From: a virus
Taxonomy: Duplodnaviria; Caudoviricetes
Virus record (IMG/VR): IMGVR_UViG_3300032303_001877
Span: 1 to 26,014 of that record
Length of the DNA: 26,014 nucleotides
Reading direction: 5' to 3' (one strand)
Part shown: positions 25,006 to 26,014 of the stretch, in pieces
Numbering within the stretch: position 1 is the stretch's first letter
Layout of the letters: each line of letters opens with the position of its first letter
The notes under the pieces: generated by a model
What the model was told of the DNA's origin: nothing
The model's input: the letters and a program-made list of their open reading frames with translations, nothing else
The model's database searches: none
Program-made: the position numbers and the translations under genes

Positions 25006-25484
25006 TATGCTGTCTCCTCTTGTGCATTGCGATCTTGTTCATCCATAATAGCCGACACCAACGGAACATAAGCACCGTCATGATCCGATACAAACCAAAC
25101 AGCCTCGCCGCCTATTGAGCGCAAGATGTAGTCGTATTCCTCATACTGGTGGTTCTCGACATAGTCTGCATAGTTTTTGAACTTACGCACTCGCAACTCT
25201 TCACCACGATCGCGAGCGCAGAAGGTAGTCATCTCACCGTAGAGCTCATTATACTCATCTAGAGTATATCCGCTGTCATAGTGACTAAAGTCGTGCTTGG
25301 TGCCTACGATCTTGCCCAAGGAGCTAATGTCTCCCAAGTCGATCAAGTCACGCAAGGTGAACGGGTTGCTGTAGTGATTCTGCAGGATATGACCATTGTG
25401 CGCCAAGTAGCCGTCCCAGTGACAGTAGATCTGCTCAACTGTACCGTCTGCGAACTCCAATGCGATAGTGCTTCGTGTTGCCAT
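25005..25484 (-). CDS. Conserved-looking hypothetical phage protein (YCHWDGY motif)
   Basis: MATRSTI...IYCHWDGY...EEYDY; AGGAG RBS. Confidence 0.82.
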   Translation of the reverse strand: MATRSTIALEFADGTVEQIYCHWDGYLAHNGHILQNHYSNPFTLRDLIDLGDISSLGKIVGTKHDFSHYDSGYTLDEYNELYGEMTTFCARDRGEELRVRKFKNYADYVENHQYEEYDYILRSIGGEAVWFVSDHDGAYVPLVSAIMDEQDRNAQEETA

Positions 25485-25516
25485 TTTTTACTCCTAGTGT
25501 GTTTGTGTATGTGCTA

Positions 25517-25545
25517 ATTATAGCAAGGTTTTACCAACTTGTCAA
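25517..25545 (-). promoter_or_regulatory. Early sigma70 promoter, class B
   Basis: TTGACA-17bp-TATAAT with GGTAAAACC. Confidence 0.88.
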
Positions 25546-25548
25546 CCA

Positions 25549-25809
25549 TTATTTGTAGTAGGCAACATACAATCGCTTGCCTACAGTTGCGTGGACGTGA
25601 TCGCCCTCGTCCCGGGGATTCGCGGCACTTAGGATCTTGCCGACAATCTTGCGTACAGTCTCGTCGTTGACGTCATCAACTGCATAGCCCCTGTCTTGAT
25701 CCGCAAATGCTTTGAGCGCACTTGCTGTGGCATACTTGCCGCTACAGCCACAGCAACAAGAGTTGATCCGGCCGTTGTAAACTTTGTAGACTCTGCTTAG
25801 ATCTAACAT
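25549..25809 (-). CDS. Hypothetical protein with a Cys cluster
   Basis: TAAGGAG RBS; YNGRINSCCCGCSGKY. Confidence 0.78.
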   Translation of the reverse strand: MLDLSRVYKVYNGRINSCCCGCSGKYATASALKAFADQDRGYAVDDVNDETVRKIVGKILSAANPRDEGDHVHATVGKRLYVAYYK

Positions 25810-25818
25810 AGTTGCTCC

Positions 25819-25965
25819 TTAGTACAAAGACGCCATCTCGTCGTCGATGGCACAAGCTAACGCATTAAAAGCGTCTTGAACGCTTTCGCTTTCCTCGAAG
25901 TGCTCGTCGAGCAATGCTTGTAATTGTAACATTTTGCTGTCTAACTCTTTGCGTAAATCTGACAT
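25819..25965 (-). CDS. 48-aa acidic helical micro-protein (not in ORF track)
   Basis: AAGGAG RBS after the promoter; MSDLRKELDSKMLQLQALLDEHFEESESVQDAFNALACAIDDEMASLY; its stop overlaps the next RBS. Confidence 0.7.
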   Translation of the reverse strand: MSDLRKELDSKMLQLQALLDEHFEESESVQDAFNALACAIDDEMASLY

Positions 25966-25992
25966 ACTAGCTCCTTTTTAGTGTATGTGTTA

Positions 25993-26014
25993 ATTATACA
26001 GTGGTTTTACCAAA
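25993..26014 (-). promoter_or_regulatory. Early sigma70 promoter, class B (truncated at window edge)
   Basis: TATAAT with GGTAAAACC 4 nt upstream; the -35 lies outside the window. Confidence 0.7.

Noticed and set aside
105-25517. Antisense and alternative-frame ORFs in the track (e.g. 514-720, 5577-5945, 13313-13672, 19551-19823, 21902-22225, 24254-24541)
   Set aside because: They overlap well-supported genes and lack RBS, promoter or recognisable motifs.
20268-26014. Repeats as a CRISPR array
   Set aside because: Spacing is irregular (~200-1000 bp), the intervals are ORFs, the repeats are degenerate promoter/RBS elements, and no cas genes are present.
20268-26014. Integron cassette array (attC sites)
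   Set aside because: No RYYYAAC...GTTRRRY long imperfect palindromes and no integrase; the cassettes carry their own promoters.

Overview
The window is a segment of a large T4-superfamily-like (myovirus-type) dsDNA phage genome read in the standard bacterial genetic code. Positions 1-~18.7 kb are mostly + strand and AT-rich. They carry a T4-type recombination/replication module: gp32-like SSB, UvsX, UvsY, UvsW, a probable clamp-loader small subunit, primase and a gp41/DnaB-like helicase. Interleaved accessory genes include an SGNH hydrolase, a cupin plus a split HldE-type ADP-heptose kinase/nucleotidyltransferase, a 193-aa miniature DnaE-like (C-family polymerase) core, YqgE/AlgH, a pol-beta-type nucleotidyltransferase, a HAD nucleotidase, a GNAT-like protein and an FlbD-like protein. 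Positions ~18.9-26 kb are - strand, visibly more GC-rich, and form an array of about 25 small early-type ORFs. Thirteen near-consensus sigma70 promoter/leader/RBS cassettes punctuate it (TTGACA-17bp-TATAAT; one is truncated by the window edge), and they carry two operator-like motifs. Other notable signals: several apparently leaderless genes, divergent T4-late-like promoter pairs, two candidate structured RNAs, a catalytically dead Hint-like protein, SSB-tail-like motifs and an unusual strand-switch region. All protein calls come from motif recognition by eye; no database search was run.
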